From assembly GCA_963920595.1 (NCBI GenBank), contig OY986950.1:434001-498000 (forward strand): a stretch of 64,000 nucleotides of DNA. The letters run 5' to 3'. Origin of the DNA: Eimeria praecox. Lineage: Eukaryota. A program made the position numbers and the translations under genes. The notes under the pieces were generated by a model. It was not told where the DNA came from. It did not search any database and saw only the letters and a program-made list of their open reading frames with translations. Below, in pieces: positions 1 to 19,700 of the stretch (positions are counted from its first letter, which is position 1; every line of letters starts with the position of its first letter).

Positions 1-1257
1 TTCGGCGCTGTCGAGACTGAAGACGAAAGCTGCACATTTCAACTTGTAATAACCTGAAGCTTAGCAACCGTTGACTGCTAGCCAGACAGCGGGCCTATCA
101 ATCCACGGACTAACCCAGTAATGCTCACATGAGGCACTCCTGATGGCAGGAGAAAACTTGAATGATGGAGCAGACAAGGCGAGACAAAATGAAGCAAGAA
201 ACGATGAGACAGTGACAGAGAAAGTACGCCTCACGTTATGAGCCAGAGAAGCGCTTGCTGCAGCACGTGTGCAATCGAGGAGCCGCCGACTCGCTCTGCA
301 GTGACACTACCTACAAAGCTTTTCTTCTGCCACGAGTTGTTTTCGACCTTTGTGCTGCCTTCATTACTTTCATCGAACAACTGCTGACGGTTCTGACTAT
401 GATAACGGACGAAAAATGGTTTGCTGTTTGAAGCTTCTGTGAGATGGCCTGTAGAACAGAACGGCTCTAGCATTCTTAGTTGTGTTTATGTTTTATCTGG
501 TTGAGGAGCTAGAGAAGATGGGGGGTACCTTGCAGGGTGAAAAAGCCACAGAGTTCTGCCCTTTTTTTCTACCGTTCGAGTCCCTCGCTATCAACCTATG
601 GGCGGGTCTTTCGCCGCCTTCTTGCAAAATTGTGCTTCGCCTGATAGCGCATAGTGGCTGCAGCCCTCCTTTGCACTTCACCACCTCAACTGCCTCCCCC
701 CTCCCCCTCCCCTCATCCCCACCCTCCCAGCTTAAGCAACCTAAGGAGACGCTGATACTATAAAGACCCCCAAGCAGCAGCTATGAGCCCGAGCCTAAAC
801 CCTAAAACACGCAAACCTTGAACCTCAGTTACCCTTTGGCAAGTCAACATGGGATGTTGCACAGAGGCAACAAGGACAGGAGCATTACAAGAAAGTGGAA
901 GGACACTGCCAAACCGTTTACCCCTGCCCACTGGCGAAAAGCGGCATAGACCCACAGACGGTCGAAGGAGGCTTCTAGCAGAAGCTGCTCGTGAAAACCC
1001 TAGATAGAGGCTGCAGCAGCACCAACACTTGCACTGCTTGCAGCTCTGACAATACAAGCAGCGACAGCAGCTCTAATACAGCTGTATCAGCCGCAAAAAC
1101 TGCTGTTGCTGCACGTTCTGGCTGCTACAACAGCTGTTGCAGCGCCATTATTTCTTGGATTCCTCCCTCTGTGACACTGCGGCGTCTTATGGAATGCAGG
1201 AACTCTTCATGCATTGAGTTGGCTGTATGAAGGGCACAGCAAGGCCTCAGGTGCAGC

Positions 1258-7299
<6,042 letters not shown>

Positions 7300-7490
7300 T
7301 CACTTCATTGCTTCCAGCTGCTGTTGCTGCTGCTGCAGTTGTTTGCTGCTGCTGCTGGTGTTGTTGCTGCCGTTAGTGCTGCTGCTGCTGCTGCTGCTGC
7401 TGCTGAGTCTGTCGTTACGTCCAACCGAAAGCCTTGCCGCCGTCCTTATCAGTGCAGGCGTCTGCTGCATCTGCTGCAGCAGCAACAGCC

Positions 7491-7524
<34 letters not shown>

Positions 7525-8188
7525 TTGTGGACCCCACGGTGAAGTTAAGCCTTGTGTGCAATCTCTAGGCTATTCTTTGCTGCTGCTGTTGGCCTGCTGT
7601 CTCCTCCAGAGGCAGCAACAGAAGCCCTAAGCCCTAAACTTAAGTTAGCTGCAGTAAGCTGTAAATGCTGGGGTGTCTGTACACCTCAGAGAAGAGAAGA
7701 AGGGCATCCAGAAGCAAAAGAAGGGGATAAATATAGTTAAAGGGAATATATAAGAAGAAATAGCGAGAGAGAAAGACAGACAAACACCAGAACCGAAATG
7801 GTGGGGTTGTTGTACAACGCTCATCGAGCGCATGCACGACAGAAGAGAAGAGTACATCGAGCCTCTCTCTAAATATTATATTCATTTATTTAAACAGTTT
7901 ATCCTATTTTTCGGGTTTTATTTGCTGTTTGCATGCAGGCTCGAGGGGGGTTGTCCTGCAGCAGCATGGTATAAGCTGCCTTTGTTGCAGCTGCTGCTGC
8001 AGCAGCTGCTGCTGCAGCAGCTGATGCTGCTGCTAATTTTGTGTTTGTTGCTGCTGCTATCAGCTCTAATCCCTCTGCTGCTGTTCCTGCTGCTACTCTT
8101 CCTTCTGCTGCTGCTGCGGTTGCTGCTGCTGCTGCTGTTGCGGCTGTATTGCTTATGTAGTTACTACAAGTTTGAGAAGCTTCACTGC

Positions 8189-8368
8189 TGGCTGCTGCTG
8201 TTGCTGCGATTGCTGCTGCTGTTGCTGCGATTGCTGCTGCTGTTGCTGAGATTGCTGCTGCTGTTGCTGCGATTGCTGCTGCTGTTGCTGCGATTGCTGC
8301 TGCTGTTGCTGCGATTGCTGCTGCTGTTGCTGAGATTGCTGCTGCTGTTGCTGCGATTGCTGCTGCTG
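8189..8368. repeat. 21-bp CAG-derived minisatellite (CTGTTGCTGCGATTGCTGCTG)n
   Basis: About 8 tandem units with GCGA/GAGA variants read directly; translates as LLRLLLL repeats in ORF 7832..8425. Confidence 0.8.
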
Positions 8369-11300
8369 TGTTGGCTGCTAGTTAGCTGTTTACACCTGCT
8401 TCCTGCTGCTGATCTGGCGAAATGACTGCAGCAACTGCTGCGGTAGTCTAAACGAACGTACGGCTCGCTTGCTTCCTATCTTGTTTGTGTTCTTCTTAAC
8501 ACCTGTTATCCTGTTGTTGTCAATGCCTACTATTCACCTTTATTTTGGGGTTTGTATTTGTGTCTGCCTTTGGCTTCGCCTTTGAATCAGCTTTGCTGCG
8601 CGTGTTCTTTTTCTGTGGCTCTGTTCTTACCATTGCCTGTATCGAAGACTTCGTCTTTCTCCTCTTCTCACGCTTAGCTACACTGTTTTGGAGACTGTCT
8701 CCTTCTGAGAGTAGGTTATTTGGGTGCTTGCTGTAGCTGTAGCTGCTATGTCTACCGATGCAACGGCTGGCTATAGCTGGATGAAGTTTCGGTTAGGTGT
8801 ATTGCTTTTAATGGCTTTGGCGGCCTAGCGGTTGTATACTGAGAACCCTAAACTAAAAGCACTACAAACTATGTGGCCTATGTGGCCTCTTTGAATTACG
8901 TCCTCTTTTACGTTGCAGTGTAGTTGCATCTTATGCTTCAAAGGCTTGCCTCCCTGGTCAACAAGCAATGGACCCTCTTGACAAAATTAATCTACTTTGT
9001 AGCGTCCACTCTAACCAGCAGCAATAATAGCCGCAGCACAAGCTGAAGCAATGAAAAGCAGCCTCATGGGTTATGCGCCGTTCTTTCCGGCAGGATATTC
9101 CTCAAAGGAATCTTAGGAGACCCTCAAAACGGGGGTTTCTCCACTTGGCAACCATTTTCCACTACTTCCTAAAGCATAAGCCGTCATCCTACCGCAATCA
9201 CGTTTAGAGATCCCAAATCCGAATCCCTTGATACTCCTTTTGCAAACGCGAAGGGAGAAGGGCAGAGTTTCAGTATGACATCCTGCATGTCAGTGTGTGG
9301 CGGACCCACATTTAGGGGCCTTCGTGAATGCCCAGGTATAGGCTTTGTGATAGTTCCTGCTTCCCATGGGCTCCCGTCATATTGCCGCATCTTCATTCTT
9401 CGATTTGCTGGTATCGCTGCAGGTGATCAAGAAGGGGGCGCAATATGTTAGGATAGAGGCCGGCGATGTCGCCCGGCAAGAGCGGTCTATCACCGTTCCC
9501 AATACTTGCTTGCTAGCTGTTTTCGATTGCTAACGGCGGTGCGAGTAATAATACCCGTTTGTAGAATGCTGCGGCCGCTTCAGATTGTCGAAGACTGGGG
9601 AAGCACGAGATGCTGCGATATTTTACGATATTGCATTGCATTGTTCAAACCGTTCATCAGTCCCAGGCAAGCCTAAGATGTGTTGCTAGGCATGTACAAC
9701 GAAAGAGTCGTTGGGGTGTATTGGCTGCTCATGCAAGACGCTTTCATGTTCAACCATATTAATGGTACCCCCAACGCCGTGCTGGCGCCCTCTCATAACA
9801 CCTTCCGTGTTAATCATCGTGCTTGGTAGCTGCGGCTGTGGCTGATAATTCTTGTTTCCTCTCTAAATGTCGCTCATTGCGCTCCTTAGCTCTTCACGAG
9901 GATGCAGCTTTTGCCAAGCATGAGAACGAACGACAGGCTAAGCGCTACAAGACACCCGGCAAACTCTTGTTGTGTCAGGCATGGATAAGCTGCTTATACG
10001 TCTCATCCTCGCTTCTTCCCGAAATTTTGCGCAAAATGGGCGATCAAGCGGTAGCCAGCCAGCGTTGCAGCCCGGGGCATACCCGTCTCCCCACCAGCCA
10101 CAGACCCTTGAGCCGCTGTGGCCAGCAGGTCAGGAGGGGAGGAGCTAGATTAGCTGTCTTTTCTGAGTTATGTTGACTCTGTTGGTGCTCACCACGGCCC
10201 TCTGCAAAGATCGAGGACTCTCATTATGTAGTGCAACTAGCCCTGCTTCGAACCTCAACACGCCGCACAAAGTACCTTGAAATGTAGCAAACCTCCCGCT
10301 TGGGGGACCTAAGCGGGAGTTTAGTTGGAAGAATCCTTCCGAAAATCCGAATAATCCCTGCTTACTTCTGGTCCCACGAAAATCTTAGCCAAAACCCTCG
10401 ACCTGCCTCATACCATATTGCACGGGATGTGGGGTTTTGGGGCTGAGCAGCTCGAACGTTCTGGCGGCCTCGCCCCACGCGCCTTGTGCCCCAGTCTTCT
10501 GCGCTCTCTTCATATACTTCCAACTTTCGAGAAGCTGGAGTTATGGAATGAGGCAGCCGCTGGTGTACAAGGGTGGATATTCAAATACAGTAGACAGCTG
10601 TTAAATGTTTTTGCTGCACAAAACCGCCACCCCGGCGTGCTGCTTCGGGTGAGGGCAGCCCCAGTGCTCTGCCGACCTCAGCTTATTGGCCTTGTGCTCC
10701 TGCCGTCCCTCCAAGCAAGCTTTGACCAGTTTCCATCTTTGTCTGACTCCTTGCACAATCGCATTGCTGACAGGTACACGTCCATTCTCATTAATACTAG
10801 TTCGGTGCCGCAGCCCACAATACTTTCGTTCTCTACACACTTCGGTGCTTCGCTATTATTCGTTGCTGACCCTCCCCCCAAAATCAGACAGCCTTCGGAA
10901 TTCGCTCCTGCCTGTTTATACAGCCCTTCTGTGGAGGCTCTCATTCCCGTAGCACAGCGGTGCTCCACGCAGAGCATGCTGATGATTTAGGTTCACCTGA
11001 CCAATGGCCCAGACCACTCTGTTCGCGTGAACCAGCCTGCAACTGCAGCAGGAGCAAACCTCCAAAACATCCGAATAACTCCCTCCCCTTATTTCCTTTG
11101 TCTGTATTTCGAAGATGGTGCAGACACAATCCCATCTCAAGTTTCGTTTTCGCTGGGAGGTTCGATACACGATGTTTGGGGAGTTCTCTGGGAGAGGCCC
11201 AGCAGGCTCTGGGAGATCTCGCCGGATATATCAATTAGGGTGAGCGTATTGGCTACTGTCAAACAACCAATAATTGAATACGTCTCTGTTTGCTACTGTG

Positions 11301-13114
11301 TTAATGATTGCATCAGCAGGCATGCGCTGCGGTAGGACTTGCAGCTGTACGTGCAGCACACCAGTACACAATACAGGGGACATACACCCCATGTGCATGC
11401 ACTCTAGGATGCTGTATACCCATAGTACTCAACAACAGTAGAAAACATGAAGACGATGTGCCGGTCGGGGAGGCAGATGCCTCTTTCCATAACAGTAGGC
11501 ACTGTTGCAGGGCCTGTGTAACTTGACGAGGTATAGAGCTGCTGCGATTTTTTATCTTCCAGCATGTGGGTAGAAGAAGAAAAGCTGAACAAGATAGGAC
11601 AGGAGGCTTAAGAGACCTGACGACAGACCGAATACAACCGGCCTTCCCTGTCAACTAACTGCCTGGCAGCCACCCCATCAGCGAGTAGCCCCTAAGCTAC
11701 GGTATAGAGGCCTCTGAGGCTTTATAGCAGCTAGACCAGTCAAAGAAGCTCAGCTGCATGTAGCTGTAACAGAATTTTCGTGTCAAGTGTATGCTATCTA
11801 TACAGCTTCTCCAATTTGCTTTTTTTTCACGGCAGAGACAAAGTAGATTTATCTGTTATCTCTCTTACATATAACATTCCTGAATTGTTGGGTATAAACA
11901 AGCGCAGCATAATAATAACTACAATAACCGAAGTCCTTAAGTAGCCTCTCCCATACTGGGGGATATCAGGTTCTGCTCATCGACAGGCTCAGAAAGCAGG
12001 CGGCCTCAGCAATTCTTCAGGTGTATGTACACCTTGCCACCTCCTCAGAAGTTTTTCTGCAAAACACCTGCGTTCTAGCTGAATGCCTTTAGAAGAAGAA
12101 GAGCCAACAGGACGTTCATACAGAAACAAAATATACTCTGTGTACATACACATAGTATACCGATAAACACAAGTAGACAGAAAACACAGACTAATGGCCT
12201 CCACCTCAGGCCCGAGGTGTATATACAGCTCGCCACTCCCTCCAGTAAGCGCTGTTCTTTCATGTTCTTTCATCACTTCCTAGCCCCCATGGGACAGGGA
12301 AAAGGAACAGCCGTTTGATTTTTGTTGTATATTTGTTTATCTGTGCACTTGGTGTTAGAAGGGGCTCTCTTGCCAGTTGTCTACTAAAGTTCTACTACCC
12401 GTGGCAATCTTTGTCTGTTTATTCTCTCTCTCTCTCTCTGTCTCCTTAGCTGTCTCTCTCCTTCCCCTCTGTCTGTTTGCCTCCTCCTCCTGTTACAATT
12501 TCTTCTTTCTTATATTTCAGAGTAGATACAGGAGAACAACTTACAGCAGTTGCTAGCCAGTCTTTTCCTTCTGTCTCTGTCTCTTAATTTTGATATATCT
12601 GTCTCCTGTTGTATTATTGTCTGCCTCTGTCTCCTCTGTGTCTGTTAGCTGGTTTGTCTACAGCTCTTCTGATGTCTTGTCTTTGTCTGCATTTGTTTCT
12701 CTCTCCTCATCCCCATCAAACTCCTCCTAGCTATCTCCTCTTCTGTCTGTCTCCCCGTCCTTTGCTAGCTGATTGTCTCTATCTGTCTCCTTTTGCTGTT
12801 CTCTCCTTCTCTGTGTCTCCTGTGCACCCTCAGCTGTTCAGCGCCCCCATCATCATCCGCCCTGTCTCTTTGTCTGTTGTCTCTGTCTCTGTTGTTATCT
12901 GTCTCTCATTACGTCCTTGTCTATCTGTCTCTATCTCTTTCTCTCTCTTCTCTCTCTCTGTCTCTTTCTCTCACCTTCCCACTGTCTGTTGTCTACATCT
13001 AAAGAGCTGCAGCTACACTCTCTGTGTGCTCTCTACTCCCTCCCCTCCCCTCCCCTCCCTGTCCCTCTTATGTTTCTCTTTAATACAGCGAGACACAGCA
13101 GCAGCAGCAGCCAA

Positions 13115-13145
<31 letters not shown>

Positions 13146-14166
13146 TCTACTCTAGTAATTTCTGTTCAAAGGGATATAATGTCTCTCTTTTACGGGGGCT
13201 ATATAAACTAAAACGCCGAAAAAAAACTAGGGAAATATTTGCCTGTCTCCTCACTCCCTCGCATCAGCGTAACTGACTGCTCGGGTTTATATAAAGACAG
13301 GGAGTAAACAAACAACAACAACAACAAGCAGCAGCTGCTGCTGCTGTTGCTGCTGCTGTTGCTGCTGCTTTTGCTGCTGCAGCAGCAGCAGCAGCATAAA
13401 AAAGACAAGCACGCCAATATAACTCCACCCAAACCTTTCTTATCTTGCAAGTGACAAGGACAAGAACAGCACCGCTGCTGCTGCTGTTGCAGCAGCAGCA
13501 GCAGCAGCAGTACTGCAGCAGCTGCTGCTGCGGATGCATCTGCTGCAGTTGCATGCATACAAAGCGAAGAGGGTCTTCTCTCGATTTTCTGTCTCTGTCT
13601 CCCTCACTTATTTTCTGTCTCCTCTCTATATCCCCATAAGAAATAGAGCAAACAGCAGCAAGCCAAACACACAAATATACAGTAACTGCTGCAGCTATTA
13701 CAACAGCAGCTATCACAGCAGCAGCAACAGCAGCATCATGAGGCCTCTGTGCTCCTCTTCTTCTTCTTTCGCTGCTGTTTCTGTTGTTGCTTCTGCTGCT
13801 GTTCCTGCTGCTGCTGCTGCTGCTGTTCCTGCTGCTGCTGCTGTTTCTGCTGCTGCTGCAGCCTTTCCATCATCACCACCATAATAATAAATAAATAAAT
13901 AAATAAGTAAATAATAATAGTAAATAATCATGGTGAAGATGTTTCTAATAGATGCAATAATAGAATACAATACTCTCCAATAATATAATATATTACAATA
14001 TAATAATATATTACATTATAATATATTACATTATAATATAATATATTATTTACTAATCCATTATAATATATAACATAATAATATAATATCTTTATATATG
14101 CTAATAATATAATTTACTCTATATCCTAATAGATAATATTCTATTCTATTCTATCATCTTATCTTG

Positions 14167-14197
<31 letters not shown>

Positions 14198-14217
14198 AAT
14201 GTATTGAAAAGAATATT

Positions 14218-14280
14218 TTATAGATCTGGGTTAAGCCATCTAGAATCCGGTGAGAACATAAAAGAAGTAACGCGTACAAG

Positions 14281-14336
<56 letters not shown>

Positions 14337-14396
14337 CAGATCTGGGTTAAGCCATCTAGAATCAGGTGAGAACATAAAAGAAGTAACGCGTACAAG

Positions 14397-14433
<37 letters not shown>

Positions 14434-14495
14434 CAGATCTGGGTTAAGCCATCTAGAATCAGGTGAGAACATAAAAGAAGTAACGCGTACAAGTT
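14218..14495 (-). repeat. Three direct copies of the last 65 bp of MORN1 (incl. stop), separated by (TA)n
   Basis: Copies at 14218-14282, 14334-14398 and 14431-14495 (the coding copy). Confidence 0.95.
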
Positions 14496-15525
14496 GTCCT
14501 GCTGCCCATACACCTTCAAGTAGATGCCCTGTAGAAAATCTTAATGTTCCCTTTCCTTCTTTTCTTCCTTGAACGAATTCTCCTTCATAACAACTACCAT
14601 CTTCCGCACAATAAAATATACCCTGTCCTACTCTCTTATCATCAACCCACTGCCCCTCATATTTATTCCCGTTAGCATATAAAAATACGCCGTAACCACA
14701 TGCTCTATCTTCTACCCATTCTCCTTTGAATCGATCCCCATTAGAATATATTAATTCCCCTTCTCCATGCTTCTTTGCATCTATCCATTCTCCAACATAT
14801 TTATCTCCTCTCGAATATGTTAATGTTCCCTTACCATGTACTCTATCTCCTTTCCAATATCCTTCATATTTTTCGCCATTATGATATGTCAAGACACCAT
14901 AACCTTCTTTCATATCATTCACCCATTCCCCATCATATATATTTCCATTCGGGAATATATACTTACCCTTTCCATGCATCTTACCATCAATCCAATCTCC
15001 TTCATATTCTCCCCCATCACTATAACTATATTTACCGTGTCCGTGCATCTTTCCATTCACCCAATCTCCATCATATTTTTCTACAATTGATCCTTTAACA
15101 CCAACATATATAACTACGCCCTTCCCGTGTCTCTTATCTTCTCTCCATTCTCCTGTATATACATCTCCTTCTTTATATTTATATGTACCTCTACCATGCA
15201 TCTTCCCATCTACCCATTCTCCTTCATATTCATCCCCATTAGAATATTTTAATTTACCGTAACCAGATATTTTACCTGAATCCCACTGTCCTTCATATAC
15301 ATTCCCACTAGCAAATACAGCTATACCCTGTCCGTGTATACGATCTTCTACCCATTTACCTTGATACGTAGCCCCATCAGCATATTCAAATCTACCATTA
15401 CCTTCTCTCTTACCAAATACAAAATCTCCTTCATATTTTTCATTTCCAGAATATAATAATGTACCATGCCCATGAAACAAACCATCTTTGATCTGACCAT
15501 GATATGCGTGGCAACTCTCCACCAT
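14431..15525 (-). CDS. MORN1: MORN1, membrane occupation and recognition nexus repeat protein (basal complex/centrocone)
   Basis: Intronless 364-aa ORF of YxGxWxxGxxHGxG MORN repeats; N-terminus MVESCHAYHGQIKDGLFHG and C-terminus GQLVRVTSF..WLNPDL match apicomplexan MORN1 as I recall it. Confidence 0.95.
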
Positions 15526-15698
15526 CTTCTAATTTATATTTATTTATAAATTAATAGAATTATACACAGAAAGATATACAGATAGAGATATAATAGAGAT
15601 AGAGATAGAGGTATAATAAATATAGATATTGAGATATATAGATATCTAGATATTGAGATATAGAGATTAATAAGGAAATCAGTTATTGATCTATCTGT

Positions 15699-15733
<35 letters not shown>

Positions 15734-17179
15734 TCTATTTATTTATTTATTTATTTGTTGTTTAGAATGTAAGAGGACACACACTGTGTTTCCGAATCTA
15801 CACGGCTTTCTCAACAAGTAGAGAAATTGAAGAAAAGATTCGCCAATAGATCTAATAAAAATAAAGTAAATCAAAAGATATATAAATATATATATTTATA
15901 TATTTATATCTATTTATATATATTTATATATATTTATAAATATATATATATTTATATCTAGGATAATAAGATGCTAGAACAAGCCCACCCTCCTCTCCCC
16001 CTTTTTTTTTACGGATACAACAAATTAATGAATATATAGAATATATAAAAATAACTTCAAAGAATTTTACTAAATATAATAAAATTAATATAAATAAATC
16101 TACACATAATAATATACTTTCTTCCTTCCCTCCCCGCCGGGCAGGCCGCTGCCGAGGCTCTGATATGAATTGATAGAGAATAATCTTGCGACGCTGTCGT
16201 CTTGAGATTTATCTTTGTTTGAATATATATATATATATATAAATGTTTATAAAATTAAGAAATAAATAAAAATAAGAAGAAAAAAGACAAAAAAAGATAT
16301 ATTATATCAATCATGCAGCACACAACAACACAGTAAACCGTCTTCTATAGGATATATAAGCTTCACATTCAGAGAATATGTATAAAGTATATAAATATAT
16401 ATATATAGAAGCAAATAATCCCTAAAATATATAAAATATATAAAATATATACACATATTTACATCGATATACCTCAAATCTCTCTTCTTTCCTCTCAAGC
16501 CTCTACACATTGCATCAGGGGGGTGCGCGTGTTTGAATCAGCCAAAGAGGAGGCCCCCAGGTGTATGTACACTCCAATAAGATATGATAATAATATAATA
16601 TTTTATACCTTTTTATTTAAATTTTTATATTTATATTCGTTTTTATATTCAAATTTTATATTATTTATATACCCTAAACACTTTTATACCCTGGGCCGAC
16701 ACTCTATACATAACTCTACGGGGGGGGCTGCGCGCCACCACCCTTCTTCTTCGGGTGTATGTACATACACTCCAACATCATTCTCATTAATTTAATTAAG
16801 ATAAATACATTTAAAATACATATATATACATTAGATGATGTTAACTATATACTCTTCTTATAAAATTGAATATAAATAACCCTTCTCTTCCCTCCTTAAG
16901 TATACAAACTCTAAAGAAACAACACATACAACTACCACAATTCGCGTATTCTCTCTATCTAAATCACCCTTAGCATCCCCCCTTCACTCTTCTATACTAA
17001 TGATGATAACACCTACAGCTAGCTGCAGCTAACTGTAGATGTAATTAAACTATACTGGCTGTATAGGTACAGCCAGCCCCAAATATGTTTAATACGCCTG
17101 CATGCAAAGTTAACTACCTCACTACTACTAAAGACCACTACTAGATGCACCAATAGCCTAACCTCTCTCCCTCTCTCTC

Positions 17180-17254
<75 letters not shown>

Positions 17255-17523
17255 ATGTATAAGCTATGTGCTGTACTATATCTGTAGTAACAACTAGCTA
17301 CTACAATATCATTTGATCTCGGGTCTACAAATGTACATCTGAAAAGATTAAGAGAGGGAATGAGAGAGAGAGAAAGAGAAGAGAGAGAGAGAGAAAGAGA
17401 AGAGACAGAGAGAGAAAGAGAAGAAAAGAAACAAAAATTATTTATTTATTTGACTTAAGATGCATGCGTTCTAGGGGCCCTGGGCTTCCCCTCCAGCTAG
17501 CTGCGGGGATACGGGCGCCTCCC

Positions 17524-17616
17524 AGCTAGCTAGCTAGCTAGCTAGCTAGCTGCAGCTAGTCACGGGGGTTTTAAACCCTAAACCCTAAACCCTAAACCCT
17601 AAACCCTAAACCCTAG
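17524..17616. repeat. (AGCT)n palindromic tract followed by an AAACCCT array
   Basis: agctagctagctagct... at 17524-17559; (AAACCCT)6 at ~17573-17615. Confidence 0.85.
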
Positions 17617-17821
17617 TATTGTTAGCAGTTTATCTTTCCCTGAGCAGCATCACATCACTTGTTTTGTTTTTGTAAACAAACAAAAAACAAGAAAATGTTT
17701 ACAAACGAGCGTTGAGGTGTATGTACAGCTTGAATCTAAATTATGATAGAGAGATAATTATGTTATTCTCTAAGGAATTACCTACTATCAACCTGGAAAC
17801 TGTTCAAGTAATTGTATTTAG

Positions 17822-17861
<40 letters not shown>

Positions 17862-18184
17862 TATATAATCGCAATAATAATAATAATAATGATAATATTT
17901 TTAGTATTGGTTTTGCTTATGTTGTTATTACCCCTAATTATACTACTATTACTATTATTATTATTAATATTATTATTATTGTTTATGTTTTTATTCTAAT
18001 TAACTACAAAGTAATATTATTATTATTATTATTATTATATTAGAGTTAGGGTGAGTGAGTTGAGGTGTATGGTGAGGTTTGTTTAAGAGCAGCAACCACA
18101 AATAAAAACAAACAAATGTTTCTTATTTGGAAGATAATTATACTAAGGCATTTAAATGTTTAGAGAAGAGACAGTAAAAACAAA

Positions 18185-18397
18185 GAAGAGACAGAGAGAG
18201 ACAGAGAGAGACAGAGAGAGACAGAGAGAGACAGAGAGAGACAGAGAGAGACAGAGAGAGACAGAGAGAGACAGAGAGGGAGACTGGTAGGGAGACAGAG
18301 AGAGACAGAAACAGAAAGATAGAGAGACAGAGAGAGACAGAGACAGACAAAGACAGGTAGATAGAGAGGAGACAGAGGAGACAGAGGAGACACAGAG

Positions 18398-18431
<34 letters not shown>

Positions 18432-19700
18432 CAGGGAGAGACAGAGGGAGACAGAGAGAGACGGAAAGAGACAGAGAGAGACAGCGAGAGACAGAGAGAG
18501 ACAGAGAGAGACAGAGAGAGACAGAGACAGATACAGAGAGAGACAGAGAGAGACAGGGAGAAACAGAGAGAGACAGAGACAGATACAGCGAGAGGCAGAC
18601 AGAGACAGAGAGAGACAGAGAAAGAAAGGATAAGGGCTACTGGAGTTTAGAGACAGACGAATAAACAAACAAAATACAGAATGCAACAAACAAACAGAGA
18701 CAAAGAAAGACAGAGAAAGAGAAGAAGGAGATAGAAAATAAAATAAATAGATAATAATTATTTTATTAATAAAATAAATAAGACAGAAGAAACAAAATAA
18801 TAAGATAATAGAGAGAGACAGAGAAAGACACGAAAGAGACAGAAAGAAAGAGAGACAAAAGGAGACAGACAGAGACAGACAGAGAAAAGAGAGAGAGACA
18901 GAGGAGACATATAAGAAAGAAAGAGACAGAGAAGGAGACAGACAAAGGAGAGAGGAAGAGAGAGACAGGAAAGTAGGGAGGAGACAGACAGAGACAGACA
19001 GATAAAAGAGAAGGAGACAGAGAGAGACAGAGACAGAGACAGAAGGAGACAGAGAAGGAGACAGATAAACCAGAAGGAGACAGAGAGAGACAGAGACAGA
19101 GACAGAAGGAGACAGACAGAGACAGACAGATAAAAGAGAAGGAGACAGAGAGAGACAGAGACAGAGACAGAAGGAGACAGAGAAGGAGACAGATAAACCA
19201 GAAGGAGACAGAGAGAGACAGAGACAGAGACAGAAGGAGACAGACAGAGACAGACAGATAAAAGAGAAGGAGACAGAGAGAGACAGAGACAGAGACAGAA
19301 GGAGACAGAGAAGGAGACAGATAAACCAGAAGGAGACAGAGAGAGACAGAGACAGAGACAGAGACAGAAGGAGACAGACAGAGACAGACAGATAAAAGAG
19401 AAGGAGACAGAGAGAGACAGAGACAGAGACAGAAGGAGACAGAGAAGGAGACAGATAAACCAGAAGGAGACAGAGAGAGACAGAGACAGAGACAGAAGGA
19501 GACAGACAGAGACAGACAGATAAAAGAGAAGGAGACAGAGAGAGACAGAGACAGAGACAGAAGGAGACAGAGAAGGAGACAGATAAACCAGAAGGAGACA
19601 GAGAGAGACAGAGACAGAGACAGAAGGAGACAGAGAAGGAGACAGATAAAAGAGAAGGAGACAGAGAGAGACAGAGACAGAGACAGAAGGAGACAGAGAC
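18185..19700. repeat. AGAGAC-type purine-rich satellite; ~128-bp higher-order unit in 19000-19700
   Basis: Marker GATAAAAGAG recurs at ~19001, 19129, 19257, 19391, 19519, 19645, alternating with GATAAACCAG. Confidence 0.85.

Noticed and set aside
1..1230. Short ORFs and GAGAC promoter-like motifs
   Set aside because: No recognisable product; motifs too short to support without TSS data.
11989..13970. Possible small gene between the repeat-free island and MORN1
   Set aside because: Only low-complexity ORFs; I could not build a consistent spliced model.
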